From an uncultured Solirubrobacterales bacterium (GTDB lineage Bacteria; Actinomycetota; Thermoleophilia; Solirubrobacterales; 70-9), in contig CAWGAL010000002.1 of the NCBI GenBank assembly GCA_963820665.1, forward strand, positions 8,598 through 72,597: DNA of 64,000 nt, given 5' to 3'. The notes beneath the pieces were generated by a model. That model made no database searches. It worked only from the letters and a program-made list of their open reading frames with translations, and was not told the origin of the DNA. Position 1 is the first letter of the stretch. Each line of letters starts with the position of its first letter. A program made the position numbers and the translations under genes. Shown in pieces: positions 48,211 through 59,083 of the stretch.

Positions 48211-50698
48211 GCAGCGACCCTCCGATCTCGGAGACCGCCGCGCGGATCTGCTCGCGGCGGGCGCTCACCTCCTCCTCGGTCAGGGTTCGATCGGGTGCGC
48301 GGAAGCTGAGACGCAGCGCGAGGCTCTTGTTGCCCTCGCCGGCCTGGTCGCCGCGATAGACGTCGAAGACCTCGGCCGAGGCGAGCAGCTCTCCCCCGCC
48401 CGCGATCACCGCATCGCGCACCTGCGCCGCGCTGACGTCATCGGAGACGACGACGGCGACGTCCTGGTGCACGGAGGGGAAGGTCGTGACGTCCTCGTAG
48501 CGCTCCGTGCCGAGTGTCGCGGCTGAGATCAGCGCCGCGAGGTCCAGCTCGAAGGCCGCGCCCCCGTCGAGGTCCCATTCGCGCGCGACGAGGGGATGCA
48601 GCTCACCGATCCAACCGGCGGCCGAGCGCACGTCGCCGTCGCCAGGCTTCGAGACGAACACCCGCGCCGAGCGACCGGGATGCAGGAACGGCTGCTCGGC
48701 GGCCTCGACCTCGACCGCGGCGCCGAGCTGGGCCGCCAGCGACTCGAGGACGCCCTTGGCCGTGAAGAAGTCGGGCGCCGCAGCGGCGTCGCGCCAGCTC
48801 GCCGCGGGCTCCCCCGCCGCCAGGTATCCCAGCCGGTGCGGCTCGTAGGCCGGAGCCCGGTATTCGCCGGAGAAGCCGCCGCCGAACTCGCCGCTCGGCT
48901 CGGCGCCGTCGGGCGGCTGGCGCAGGTAGACGTGCGCCGATTCGAACAGCGCGACGCGACCGGCGCCGCGCGCGAGGTTCAGCATCGCCGCGTCGAGCAG
49001 GCTCCCGATCAGCGTCGGGCGCATCACCGACTGCTCACTCGAGAGAGGGTTGGCCAGCTCGACGAGCTCGCGGCGCGGGTCGCCTTCCGCCAGCCGCAGG
49101 CGATCGGCGATGCCGGGGTCGGTGAAGCTCCAGCCGACGATCTCGTCGGCGCCGAGGCCGCGCAGCGCGTCCTCCGCGCGGCGACGCAGATGCTGCACCG
49201 CGCTGAGGCGGCCGACGCGCTCGCGCGTCGCGGGAAGCGTCGACGGGAGCTGCGTCTCGAGGTCGGCGAGCCGCGCGACCTCCTCGATCAGGTCCGCCTC
49301 GCGGCTCACGTCCTCGGCGCGCTCCGGCGGGACGGTCGCGCGGATCACGTCGCCGTCGGTCTCGACGCCGAAGCCGAGCCGCTCCAGGCGTTCGGCGCAG
49401 GTCTCGACGTCGATCTCGAGCCCGACGAGCCGCTCGACCCGGGGGACGCGGAGCTCGACGACACGCGGGCTTGGGCTCGCCGGCGGAGACGTCGATCGTG
49501 CCGGGCACGAGCTTCGCGCCGAAGACGTCGACGAGCAGCTTCGAGGCCACGCGCTGGGCGCGCATCGCCAGGGCGGGATGCAGTTGCTTCTCGAAGCGGC
49601 CCGATGCCTCTGAGCGCAGGCCGAGCTTGCGCGAGGTGCGGAGGATGTTGACGCCGTTCCAGGTGGCGGCCTCGAGCAGGACGCGGGTCGTCGAGTCCGA
49701 GACCTCCGAGGCCTGGCCGCCCATGATCCCGGCGATGCCCGAGGGCCCTTCGCGGTCGCAGACCAGGACCGCATCGGAGTCGAAGGTTCGCTCGTGCCGT
49801 CGAGGGTCGTCATCTTCTCGCCCTGGTTCGCCGTCCGCACGATCAGCTCACCGCCGGGAACCTCATCGAGGTCGAAGGCATGAAGGGGCTGGCCGGTCAG
49901 CAGCATCACGTAGTTGGTCACGTCGACCACGTTGTTGATGGGCCGCTGGCCCGCGGCAGCCAGCCGCGCCTTCAGCCACAGCGGCGAGGGCCCGATCTCG
50001 ACGTCGGTGAACACGCGCGCGGTGAAGCGCGGACAGAGCTCGGGGGCCTCGACGCTGACCGAGGCGTAGTCGGAGGCCTCGCCCTCGCCGGCCGCCTCGG
50101 CGTCGACGCTCCAGGGCGCCTCGGCCAGGGCGGCGTCGGAGATGGCGTGGACCTCGCGCGCGACGCCGTACACGGCGAGGCAGTCCGAGCGGTTGGAGGT
50201 GACCTCGAGCTCGAGCACCCGCTCGGCCACCGGGAGCACCTCGCCCAGCGCCGTCCCGGCGCCTGCGCCTCCGTCATCAGGCCCCGGGAGCACGGCGATC
50301 CCTCCGGAGTCCTCGCCGATCTGCAACTCGGTCTCCGAGAGGATCATCCCGTCGGATTCGACGCCGCGCAGCTTCGCCTTCTTCAGCTCCTGCCCGTCGG
50401 GCAGCACCGCGCCGGGAAGCGCGACGGGCACGTGCTGCCCGGCGGCGACGTTGGGTGCGCCGCAGACGATCGTGCGCGGGCCGTCGCCGGTGTCCACCGT
50501 GCAGACCCGCAGCCGATCGGCATCCGGATGCGGCTCGACCCTGTCCACGTACCCGACCACGTACCCGTCGGCCGAGGACGCGCCCGCGATGCCGACCCGC
50601 TCGACCTCGGTCCCGGTCATCGCGAGGCGCTCGGCCAGGTGCTCGACAGACCAGTCGGGGTCGCAGTACTCGCGCAGCCAGCTGACGGGAACCTTCAT
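48203..50698 (-). pseudogene. pheT: phenylalanine--tRNA ligase beta subunit; middle ~230 codons in another frame (changes near 49740 and 49040)
   Basis: MKVPVSWLREYCDP..., the tRNA-binding domain and the C-terminal FDX-ACB domain are in the 831-aa ORF. The central B5/B3_4 stretch of that ORF is Arg/Ser-rich nonsense. The true sequence (EVSDSTTRVLLEAATWNGVNILRTSRKLGLRSEASGRFEK) is in ORF 49035-49724. Confidence 0.9.
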
Positions 50699-50705
50699 GC
50701 GGACC

Positions 50706-51856
50706 TCATGCGAACTGCTCCAGCACGCGCACGTCGTTCTCGACGAACAGCCTCAGGTCGGGCACGCCGTGCAGCAGCATCGCCATTCGCTCGATGCCGA
50801 AGCCGAAGGCGAAGCCCTGCACGCGCTCGGGGTCGTAGCCGTTCCCCTCGACGAAGCCGAACACGTTCGGGTCGACCATGCCGGCGCCGCCGACCTCCAC
50901 CCAGCCGATGCCCTTGCACAGCGGGCAGCGCGAGCCGTCGGGCAGCACGCCGGTCGCGTCGCAGCGGAAGCAGGAGACGTCGAACTCGACGCTCGGCTCG
51001 GTGAAGGGGAAGAAGTGCGGCCGCATACGGGCCTCGCGGGCCTCGCCGAAGAGGCCTCGGAGCATCTCGCGCAGGGTTCCCTGGAGGTCGGCGAGCGTGA
51101 TGTCCTCGGCGACGGCGAGCCCCTCCATCTGGTGGAACATCGGCAGGTGGGTGGCGTCGATGGTGTCGCGGCGGTAGCAGCGACCCGGTACCGCGATGAA
51201 GATCGGCGGCTCCTCGGCCTCCATCGCCCGCACCTGCATCGGCGACGTGTGGGTGCGCAGCATCACCAGCTCGTCGTCGGGCGTATCGGTGCCCTCGGCC
51301 GAGGCCCGCGAAGCCGCGGCGCGCGCGGAGTCGAGCGCCTGCTTCGTGAGCGAGCCCGGAGCCGACGTAGAAGGTGTCCTGCTCCATCCGGGCGGAGTGG
51401 CCCGGCGGGTGGTTCAGCGCGGTGAAGTTGTAGTAGTCGCTCTCGACCTCGGGCCCCTCGAGGATCCGGTAGCCGAGGCCGACCATGATGTCCTCGATCC
51501 GGCGACGCGTCCTCGTGATCAGGTGCAGGTGCCCGACCGGCGCGGCGGGCGCGCCGGGCAGCGTCACGTCGACGCGGTCAACGGCGAGCTGCTCGGTCAG
51601 CTCCGAGGCGTCGAGCTCGCCTGCCCGCGCGTCGATCAGCGACTCGAGCGCCTGGCGGGCCTGGTTGCCGCCCTTGCCGACCGCGCCGCGCTCGGACGCA
51701 GGAAGGTCGGCGATGCCTCGCAGGATCGTCGTCAGTTCGGCCTTGCGGCCGAGGTAGCGGACGCGAAGCTGCTCGAGCTCGTCGGTGCTCGCGGCGGCGC
51801 CGATGGCGTCAGCCGCCTGCTCGCTCGATCTCCTTGATGCGGTCGATGGTCGTCAT
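50706..51856 (-). pseudogene. pheS: phenylalanine--tRNA ligase alpha subunit; frame changes near 51823 and 51355
   Basis: ATG 51856 (MTTIDRIKEIE) hits a stop after 15 codons. The continuation EQAADAIGAA...RYLGRKAEL...HPPGHSARMEQDTFYV is in the frame of ORF 50695-51567. The catalytic core LRTHTSPMQVR...FHQMEGL...FPFTEPS...GAGMVDP...FGFGIERMAML is in ORF 50706-51266. Confidence 0.85.
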
Positions 51857-51871
51857 GCGTCACCCCCGTTC

Positions 51872-52588
51872 TTACTCGCTCGGCAGGACCGACGTTCGGG
51901 CCGGGGGGCCTATCCGCTGCAGGGCGATCGCCGCCGCAGCGGCGACGTTGAGCGACTCGGCGCCCTCGCGCAGCGGGATGGTCACCGCCACGTCGCACCG
52001 CGCGGCCAGCTCGGCCGGCAGCCCCTCGCGCTCCGCCCCGAAGCAGACCGTCGCCGCGCCCTCCAGGCCGTCGAGCGGATCGCCTCCGTGGGCGACGAGC
52101 GCCGCGCGCGGCCCGGGCGTCGCGTCGAGCTCGGCGCGCGCCAGCGGCTGGGTGAACACCGCCCCCATGCTCGCCCTCACGGCCTTGGGGCCGAACGGGT
52201 CCGCGCAGCCGGGCCCGATCGCCACCGTCCCGCCGACGAGCGCGGCGGCTGTGCGGATGATGGTGCCGACGTTGCCCGGGTCGGAGATGCCGTGCAGGTA
52301 GCAGCAGGGCTCGGTCAGCTCCTCGGCCCAGCTCTCGCGCCAGACGCCGATCGAGCGGCTCCCCGAGCCGAGCGCCGAGACGGCGTCGAGCAGGGAGGGC
52401 TCGACCTCGGTCCCTCCCAGCCCCTCGCCGGCGGCCGTCAGCAGCTCGACCGGCTCCGCGCCCGCGCTCCGCGCGGCGGCCAGCAGGTCCTCGCCCTCGC
52501 CGACGAACAGGCCCTCCGCGTCGCGCACCCGGCGGCGCTGGAGCTTTCGCACCAGCTTCAGCTTCTCGTTCTGTGGGCTCGTTATCAC
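51872..52588 (-). CDS. TrmH/SpoU-family RNA 2'-O-methyltransferase (TsnR-like position)
   Basis: GISDPGNVGTIIRTA, FGAEREGLP and IPLREGAESLNVAAAAAIAL are SpoU motifs. The ORF-track TTG at 52624 lies inside the rplT terminator, so GTG 52588 (VITSPQNEKLKLV) is preferred. Confidence 0.8.
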   Translation of the reverse strand: MITSPQNEKLKLVRKLQRRRVRDAEGLFVGEGEDLLAAARSAGAEPVELLTAAGEGLGGTEVEPSLLDAVSALGSGSRSIGVWRESWAEELTEPCCYLHGISDPGNVGTIIRTAAALVGGTVAIGPGCADPFGPKAVRASMGAVFTQPLARAELDATPGPRAALVAHGGDPLDGLEGAATVCFGAEREGLPAELAARCDVAVTIPLREGAESLNVAAAAAIALQRIGPPARTSVLPSE

Positions 52589-52622
52589 TGGCTTCTCTCC
52601 GGCTGATCTCGTTTCAGGAAAC

Positions 52623-52650
52623 AAAAAAGGCGGCCGCTTTGCGGACCGCC
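52623..52650 (-). terminator. rho-independent terminator after rplT
   Basis: The minus strand reads GGCGGTCCGC-AAA-GCGGCCGCC (9 bp with one bulged T) followed by TTTTTTG. It lies 29 nt after the rplT stop. A T-run of this length is rare in this GC-rich window. Confidence 0.7.
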
Positions 52651-52678
52651 CGGGTGAGAACCTCTGATGCGAATGGCC

Positions 52679-53038
52679 TCAGGCCGTCGCACCCTCCCGG
52701 GCTAGCTCCACGAATCGGCGAAACCCATCGGGGTCGTTGACTGCGATGTCGGCGAGCATCTTGCGGTTCACCTCGACGCCGGCCTCGCTCAGACCGTGGA
52801 TCAGCTGCGAGTAGCTCATGCCCTCCTGGCGCGCCGCGGCGTTGATGCGGGTGATCCACAGGCGGCGGAAGTCGCGCTTGCGGTTGCGCCTGTCGCGGTA
52901 GGCGTAGGCGTCCGAGCGCATGACCTGCTCGTTCGCGAAGCGGTAGCTCGAGTGCTTGCGCCCGTAGTAGCCCTTGGCGCGGTCGAGGACCTTCTTGCGG
53001 CGCTTGCGGCGCGCAACGGCGTTGGTCGCGCGCGGCAT
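52679..53038 (-). CDS. rplT: 50S ribosomal protein L20
   Basis: 119-aa [36 protein letters not shown]...[13 protein letters not shown]. Confidence 0.95.
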   Translation of the reverse strand: MPRATNAVARRKRRKKVLDRAKGYYGRKHSSYRFANEQVMRSDAYAYRDRRNRKRDFRRLWITRINAAARQEGMSYSQLIHGLSEAGVEVNRKMLADIAVNDPDGFRRFVELAREGATA

Positions 53039-53241
53039 CAGCGACCCCTTCCGGCGAGCAGCGTCTTGACGCGCTTCTGGTCGGCCTTGGCGATCTCAGC
53101 CGGTTGCCCGAGGTGGCGCTTTCGCTTCGGCGACTTCTTCTCGAGGATGTGGCTGCGGTTCGCGTGGGCGCCGCGCAGCTTGCCGCCGGCGGACTTGTGG
53201 AAGCGCTTCTTGGCGCCTGAGTGGGTCTTCATCTTCGGCAT
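53038..53241 (-). CDS. rpmI: 50S ribosomal protein L35
   Basis: 67-aa [47 protein letters not shown]. Confidence 0.95.
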   Translation of the reverse strand: MPKMKTHSGAKKRFHKSAGGKLRGAHANRSHILEKKSPKRKRHLGQPAEIAKADQKRVKTLLAGRGR

Positions 53242-53362
53242 GGCGGTCGCCTATTGAAGCAAAGTCCGGGCCACAGGCGGGATCCGCGCGGTGGAGGCGC
53301 CGCGATCGTCCATCTGTCCAATATTGCGTAGCGCGGCCGACGGGGGTCCGATGTGAGCAGGG

Positions 53363-54694
53363 ATGGCTCTCCCACGTCCCAACAGGTCTCGATCGGCGCT
53401 CGCGCTCGCAGCGGTTTCGGCCTTCGCTGCTCTTGCGGCCTCGACCCCGCGCGGCTGCCGCCGCGCAGGATGGCGCCACGGCGGCGTCGGGCTGCTCCGG
53501 CGTCACCCTCACCCCCGCCTCGCGGAGCGTCCGGCCGCGGCGGGCGCGTGCTGATGAGCGGACAGGCGTGCGGCGCGGCCTACTCCTCCGCCTCGGCTCC
53601 CCGTGTCCAGCTGAAGCTGAAGCGCAAGCGCAAGTGGGCGACGATCGGCAGCGCGACGGCGGACACGAGCGGCAGTTTCTCGCTCTGCGCGAAGGTCGAA
53701 CGGCCCCGAAGGGCTCAAAGGTCGCCAGGCTGCGGGCCACCGGCGCCAGGTGGCGCGTCGGGCGCCGCGGCCATCAGGGTGACGAGCAAGGGCCCCAGCG
53801 GGTGCGAACCGCAGGCACCCGCCGAGGAGCCGCCCGAGGTCGGTAACCCCGACTGCCCCCTATCGCAGCCCGGGTCGACCGTCGAGTTCACCCTGCCGGC
53901 CGCGTGCACCGTCGTTGCCTCGGACACATCGTCGAACCCCGACCCGCTTCCTTTCTGGGGCCGCCTCGACTGCGCCAACGCCTCACGACACCAGCAGGTT
54001 GCGAGCGGCGGCGACTCGCGCGACGATGGCCGTCGGCGGCTCGCAGGGCAACTCGTCATACCGCCGCATGACGGTCTTCGACGGCGACAACTACTGGGGC
54101 GAGCGCTGCGAGCTCGGGGCTGAACGACCACCGAGGGCCCGGTCGCCTTCTACCGCGAGGGGCAGGCGCCGGGTGACGTACGCGAGCTTCCGCCTGCCCA
54201 GCAACTTCCCCACCAACACCGACAAGTGGCAGGGCGTGCTGCAGATGAAGCAGGGTCAGAGCTCCGACAACGGCGGCGGGACCCCGGTGCTCTCGCTCAG
54301 CGCCTTCCAGGGCAAGTGGTCGCTGTGGCACAGCGACCCCGGCTACACCGACGAGGACTTCAAGCTCTGGGAGGTGCCGCCCAGAACGGACGTCTGGACG
54401 CGCTTCGCGATCGACGTTTTCTACTCCCAGCACGCTTCGAAGGGCCGGGTAAAGGTCTACGTCGACCTCAACGCCGACTCGGACTTCGCCGACGCCGGGG
54501 AGCAGAGCCCGACGTTCCAGACCAACACGCTGAAGCACGAGACCGGGACCGACACCTCCGACGGCCTCGCCGCCGGGCAGTCGATTCCCTCGCACCTGCG
54601 CGTCGGGATGTACCACCACCAGGACATCCCGTGCCCCACCTCAACGGCCGGCTGCTCGGTCGAGTCGGACAACATCCAGATCGTCAAGCCGTAG
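53363..54694 (+). pseudogene. secreted polysaccharide-lyase-like protein (concanavalin-like fold, Polysacc_lyase PF14099-like); several frame changes
   Basis: Signal peptide MALPRPNRSRSALALAAVSAFAALAAS (ORF 53363-53554). The C-terminal 200 aa are in ORF 53915-54694: YRRMTVFDGDNYWGERCELG, WQGVLQMKQ, VWTRFAIDVFYSQHASKGRVKVYVDLN, HLRVGMYHH. The family call is tentative. Confidence 0.55.
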
Positions 54695-54696
54695 AG

Positions 54697-55441
54697 CTAG
54701 CCGGCGAGAGCGCAGACCCCGAGGTCGTTGCCGCGCCAGTAGTGACGCAGTGGCTGCTCGGCCAGGGTCCCCGACTTCCCGCCGTGGCGCGCGCAGACCT
54801 CGCGCATCGCTCCGGTGGATGACGCGTCGTCGGTGTAGAGGACCAGGCGCCCCCGGCGGTTCCGCACCGCAGCCTCGAGTTCGAAGGTCTCATGCTCGTG
54901 CGTCTTCAGTGAGTCGTGGATGAAGACGTCCGGCGGACCCTCATCCAGCACCGCCTCGAGGGTTTCCCGTGCATCCCCGATCACGAGTTGGAGCCTGCCC
55001 CCGTGGCGGTCGCGGTCGATCAGCCACCCGGCGTCGGGGTTGAGGTCGAGTGCGACGAGCCGGCCCGGATCCCCCTCGGCCTCGTTTCTCTCCAGCGCGC
55101 GCAGCAGCACGGAGCTGCCGAGGCCGTCGTGCACGCCTGACTCGACGACGACGCCGGGGCGCTCGGCGCGGAGCAGGCAGTAGAGGAGCCTGCGCCTTCC
55201 CAAGCAGCGGCTCGGCGTCGCGGCGCGGTGAGCCGCGCAGGCCCTCGCGCAGCTCGTCAAGCAGAGCCTCGTCAGCACGAAGCTCGCGAAGGTAACCGTC
55301 GAGCGCCTCTTGGTCGGTCCCGAGCAGGCCGGAGAGAAACGCCGGGATCTCGTCCTCGTTCGCAAGCTCGTACGTGAAGTTGCTGATCTCGCGGCTGCGA
55401 AACAGGTAGTGCATCGCATCCCGCGGGCGCCGCCGCGCCAT
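54697..55441 (-). pseudogene. class I SAM-dependent methyltransferase (Methyltransf_24-like); one frame change near 55200
   Basis: The N-terminus is in ORF 54941-55441 (MARRRPRDAMHYLFRSREISNFTYELANEDE...). The Rossmann part is in ORF 54697-55419 (PGVVVESGVHDGLGSSVLLRAL...LVALDLNPDAG...VFIHDS). Confidence 0.6.
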
Positions 55442-55518
55442 CTGGCGGTCCGCCCAGAGCAGGCGAACCCGGTAGGCGAAGCGGACGGCTCCGAACCGCC
55501 CGAGTCGCTGCGACGCGC

Positions 55519-56094
55519 TCAGCTCGCCGCGGCCTCTGGCTCTTTGCCGGCGGCGCGCGACGGGGCCAGCAGCATGTGCATGTTGCGCCCCTCCTGGAGG
55601 GGCTCCTGCTCGACGACGGCGAGCTCGGAGACGTCCTCGAAGAGCCGGTCGAGGAGCATTCGCCCGCGCTCGGGGTGGGTGGCCTCGCGGCCGCGGAACA
55701 TGATCGTCACCTTGACCTTGTCGTGCTGCTTGAGGAAGCGCTCGACGTGGCCCTTCTTGGTCTCGTAGTCGTGGGTGGCGATCTTCGGCCGCAGCTTGAT
55801 CTCGCGCACGTTCACCTGCTGCTGGTGCTTGCGAGCGGCCTTCGCCTTCTGCTCCTGCTCGTACTTGTACTTCGAGTAGTCGAGCACCCGGCAGACGGGC
55901 GGCTTCGAGCCGGGAGCGACCTCGACCAGGTCGAGGTCGTGCTCGCGCGCGTACTCGAGCGCCTTCGGCGTCTCCATCACTCCAGCCTGCTCGCCCTTCT
56001 CGTCGATCAGCCGGACCTCGGGAACGCGGATGCGCTCGTTGATCCGAGTCGAGTCGCGCTCGGGCGGGCGACGGTCGAAGCGAGAGACCGCCAC
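55519..56094 (-). CDS. infC: translation initiation factor IF-3
   Basis: 191-aa [45 protein letters not shown]...[17 protein letters not shown]...[15 protein letters not shown]...FRGRE. The exact (often non-ATG) start is uncertain. Confidence 0.9.
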   Translation of the reverse strand: MAVSRFDRRPPERDSTRINERIRVPEVRLIDEKGEQAGVMETPKALEYAREHDLDLVEVAPGSKPPVCRVLDYSKYKYEQEQKAKAARKHQQQVNVREIKLRPKIATHDYETKKGHVERFLKQHDKVKVTIMFRGREATHPERGRMLLDRLFEDVSELAVVEQEPLQEGRNMHMLLAPSRAAGKEPEAAAS

Positions 56095-56217
56095 TACTTA
56101 GACATCCAGAGGGGCGTCAATCAAGCGCTGTGAAGGAGGATCGGGGAATCGGGCACGGGGGCGCTAGGCGCGGCGCTTCGTGGTGTGGATACCCGGCATC
56201 GCTTCGCAGTATAGGCA

Positions 56218-58164
56218 CTAGCCGTCCGATTGCGCCTCGGAGCGCAGCCGGGCGACGACCTGGTCGAGCTCGAGCGCGCCGAGGTCTCCCTCGCCGTGGT
56301 GGCGGACGGACGCCGCGCCCGCCTCCTGCTCGCGGTCGCCCACGACCAGCATGTAGGGCGCCTTGCCGAGCTCGGCGTCGCGGATCTTGCGGCCGACCGA
56401 CTCGCTGCGCTCGTCCACGTCGGCGCGCAGCCCGGACTCGCGTCAGCTTCGAGGCGATCTCGCCCGCGTAGTCGTTGTGGCGGTCGGCCACGGGCAGGAC
56501 CAGCGCCTGAACCGGAGCGAGCCAGAACGGCAGGCGCCCGCCGTGGTGCTCGATCAGGATCCCCGCGAAGCGCTCCATCGAGCCGAGCAGCGCCCGGTGG
56601 ATCATCACCGGGCGGTGGTCGGCGTTGTCCGCCCCGGTGTAGGTCAGGTCGAAGCGCTCGGGCATGGAGAAGTCGAGCTGGCAGGTCCCGAGCTGCCACG
56701 AGCGGCCGAGCGCGTCGGTGACGTGGAAGTCGATCTTCGGCCCGTAGAAAGCGCCGTCGCCGGGGTTCAGCTGGTAGGTGCGGCCGGCGTCGTCGAGCGC
56801 CTGCTGCAGGGCGGCCTCGGCCTTCTCCCACTGTTCGTCGGAGCCGATCGACTTGTCGGGGCGCGTCGAGAGCTCCAGCTGCACATCCTCGAACCCGAAC
56901 CGCGCGTAGAGCTCGTCGATCGCCTCGAGGATGTCGATCACCTCCGCCTCGATCTGATCCTCGGTGCAGTAGACGTGGGCGTCGTCCTGGGTGAAGGCGC
57001 GGACGCGCAGCAGGCCGTGCAGCACGCCCTCGCGCTCGTCGCGGAAGACGTCGCCGAACTCCGCGAGGCGCAGCGGCAGCTCGCGGTAGGAGTGACGGCG
57101 TCGACCCGAAGACCAGGCAGGCACCGGGGCAGTTCATCGGCTTCAGCGCGAAGCGCCTGCCCTCGGACTCGACGAAGAACATGTTCTCCTTGTAGTTGTC
57201 CCAGTGGCCCGAGCGGTGCCACAGCTCCTCGTCGAGCACCTGGGGCGTGCGGATCTCCTGGTAGCCGCGCTTGCGGAGCTGGCCGCGGACCTCCTCCTCC
57301 ATCAGCTCGAGCAGGCGGCTTCCGTTCGGGAGCCAGAAGGGCATCCCGGGCGCCTCGGGGCGCAGCATGAAGAGGTCGAGCTCGGGGCCGAGCTTGCGGT
57401 GGTCGTTCTCCTTGGCCTGCTCGATCCGCTCGAGGTGCGCGGCGAGCTCCTTCTCGTCCACGAACGCGGTGCCGTAGATGCGGGTCAGCATCTGGCGGGT
57501 CTCGTCGCCGCGCCAGTAGGCGCCGGCGAGCGAGGTCAGCTTGAAGGCGCCGACGCGGCCCGGTCGAGGGGCCGTGCGGCCCGCGGCAGAGGTCCTCGAA
57601 GGCGCCGTTTCGATAGATCGAGACGGTCTCGGCGCCCTCGTCGCGCTACGAGGTCCGAGATCAGCTCGACCTTGTAGTCCTGCCCCTCGCCCTGGAAGTG
57701 CTCGATCGCCTCGGTGCCGGAAGCTCGCGGCGCTCGAAGGGCTCGTCGGCCTTGACGTGCTCGCGCCATCTTCTCCTCGATCCGCTCGAGGTCGTCCTCG
57801 CCCGGCGCGTCGCCGCTCGGGGAACTCGATGTCGTAGTAGAAGCCGTCGGCGATCGGCGGGCCGATCGAGATCTTCGCCTCGGGCCAGAGCTCGAGCACG
57901 GCCTCGGCCAGGACGTGGGCCGTGTCGTGGCGGATCAGCTCGAGCGCCTCGGGGCTCTTCGTCGGTGACGATCTCGATCTTCTCGCCGCCCGCCAGCGGC
58001 GCCGAGAGGTCGCGCAGCTCGCCGTCGTGCTTGATCGCGAGGGCGGCCTTGGCGAGGCCCGGCGCCGATCGCCGCGGCGGCGTCGGCGCCGGTGGCCCCG
58101 GGCTCCAGCTCGAGCTCCGAGCCGTCGGGGAGCTCGACCTTGAGCTTGACGTCGGGATCGCCAT
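56218..58164 (-). pseudogene. thrS: threonine--tRNA ligase; many frame changes
   Basis: TGS-domain start near ATG 58164 (..DPDVKLKVELPDGSELELEPG..LAIKHDGELRDLS). Editing and catalytic pieces are in ORFs 56121-57899 and 56117-57124 (RDHRKLG.ELDLF, RSGHWDNYKENMF, LKPMNCPG, FRDEREGVLHGLLRVRAFTQDDAH). The anticodon-binding end is in ORF 56218-56418 (SESVGRKIRDAELGKAPYMLVVGDRE..). Confidence 0.85.
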
Positions 58165-58271
58165 CGGGCTGATGCTATCCGTGGCCGCAGGCGTGGCGAG
58201 GCACCAGGATCTACCTAATCTGCGCAACTTTGTTTGCGATGCTAGTTTTCCGCTGCTGTACGACCTAGCTG

Positions 58272-58400
58272 AACCGCCTTCTCGCCTCGGCGAGGCGGCG
58301 GCCGGGGGACCCAAAGTCCCAGGGGCGAATCGCAAGTCTCGTTGCGTAACGCGACTCTCTTTCGCGTGAGCCCGACAGCTAACCCCGGAAGCGCTTACGA
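58272..58400 (+). promoter_or_regulatory. ydaO/yuaA-class cyclic-di-AMP riboswitch
   Basis: The 5' leader of the RlpA-like gene contains the class-defining blocks in the right order: GCCGGGGGACCCA (58301-58313), GGGGCGAAUC (58322-58331) and CCCGACAGCUAACCCCGGAAGCG (58371-58393). The B. subtilis ydaO equivalents are GGGGGACCCA, GGGGUGAAUC and CCGUCAGCUAACCUCGUAAGCG. The SD and ATG follow at 58405-58421. Boundaries are approximate. Confidence 0.65.
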
Positions 58401-58418
58401 CAAGAGAGAGGTCCGCGC

Positions 58419-59083
58419 ATGCGACAGAAGTGCGCTGATCGGCTGCGCCGCACTTGCGGCGGCGACGGCCTTGGCGCTTCCCGCTGCGCGCGTCCGCCCA
58501 GACCGGCGGCTCCGACCGGCGGCGGCCTCCCGCCGCCGGCCGCCGAACTCGCAGCGACCGCGCCGACCCGACCTTCTACGACCTTCCCTTCGGCGCGCGC
58601 GACCTGAGCGCCGGGCATGACCGGCACCGACGTCAAGACTCTGAACTGGGTCCTGCGCGGCCTCGCCCTCGGCACCACGCCCGACGGCACCTTCGTCCAC
58701 GACGACCGACGGCGCCGTCCGCTCGCTCCAGTCCGGCGCCGGCGTCGGCGCCAGCGGCGTCGTCGACCTGCCGACCCGCAAGGCGATGGCGAGCCGGATG
58801 CTCGGACCAGCTACGCCTCGTGGTACGGCCCCGGCTTCTACGGCAACACCACCGCCTGCGGCCAGAAGCTTCGCAAGGGCACCGATCGGCGTCGCGCACA
58901 AGAAGCTCCCCTGCGGCACCAAGGTCACGTTCGCCTACGAGGGCCGCTGGGTCCGCGCCAAGGTGATCGACCGCGGCCCCTACATCGCGGGGCGCAAGTG
59001 GGACCTGACCTACCAGACTCGCGCTGCAGCTCGGCACGATCGACGCCGGCACCGCGATGGTGAAGGCGATCGCCGCGCCGTGA
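58419..59083 (+). pseudogene. secreted peptidoglycan-binding + RlpA-like double-psi beta-barrel lytic transglycosylase; several frame changes
   Basis: ATG 58419 after GAGAGAGG. Signal-like SALIGCAALAAATALALPAA, a PG_binding_1-like segment GMTGTDVKTLNWVLRGLALGTTPDG...VVDLPTRKAM, and a DPBB segment SWYGPGFYGNTTACGQKL...IGVAHKKLPCGTKVTFAYEGRWVRAKVIDRGPYIAGRKWDL. Stop at 59081-59083. Confidence 0.6.

Noticed and set aside
48203-58164. Possibility that the frame changes in pheT, pheS and thrS are programmed ribosomal frameshifts or true pseudogenes.
   Set aside because: There are too many sites per gene and I saw no common slippery motif. They affect unrelated genes alike, and loss of these essential genes would be lethal. 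Sequence error is far more likely. See the frame-disruption finding for the test.
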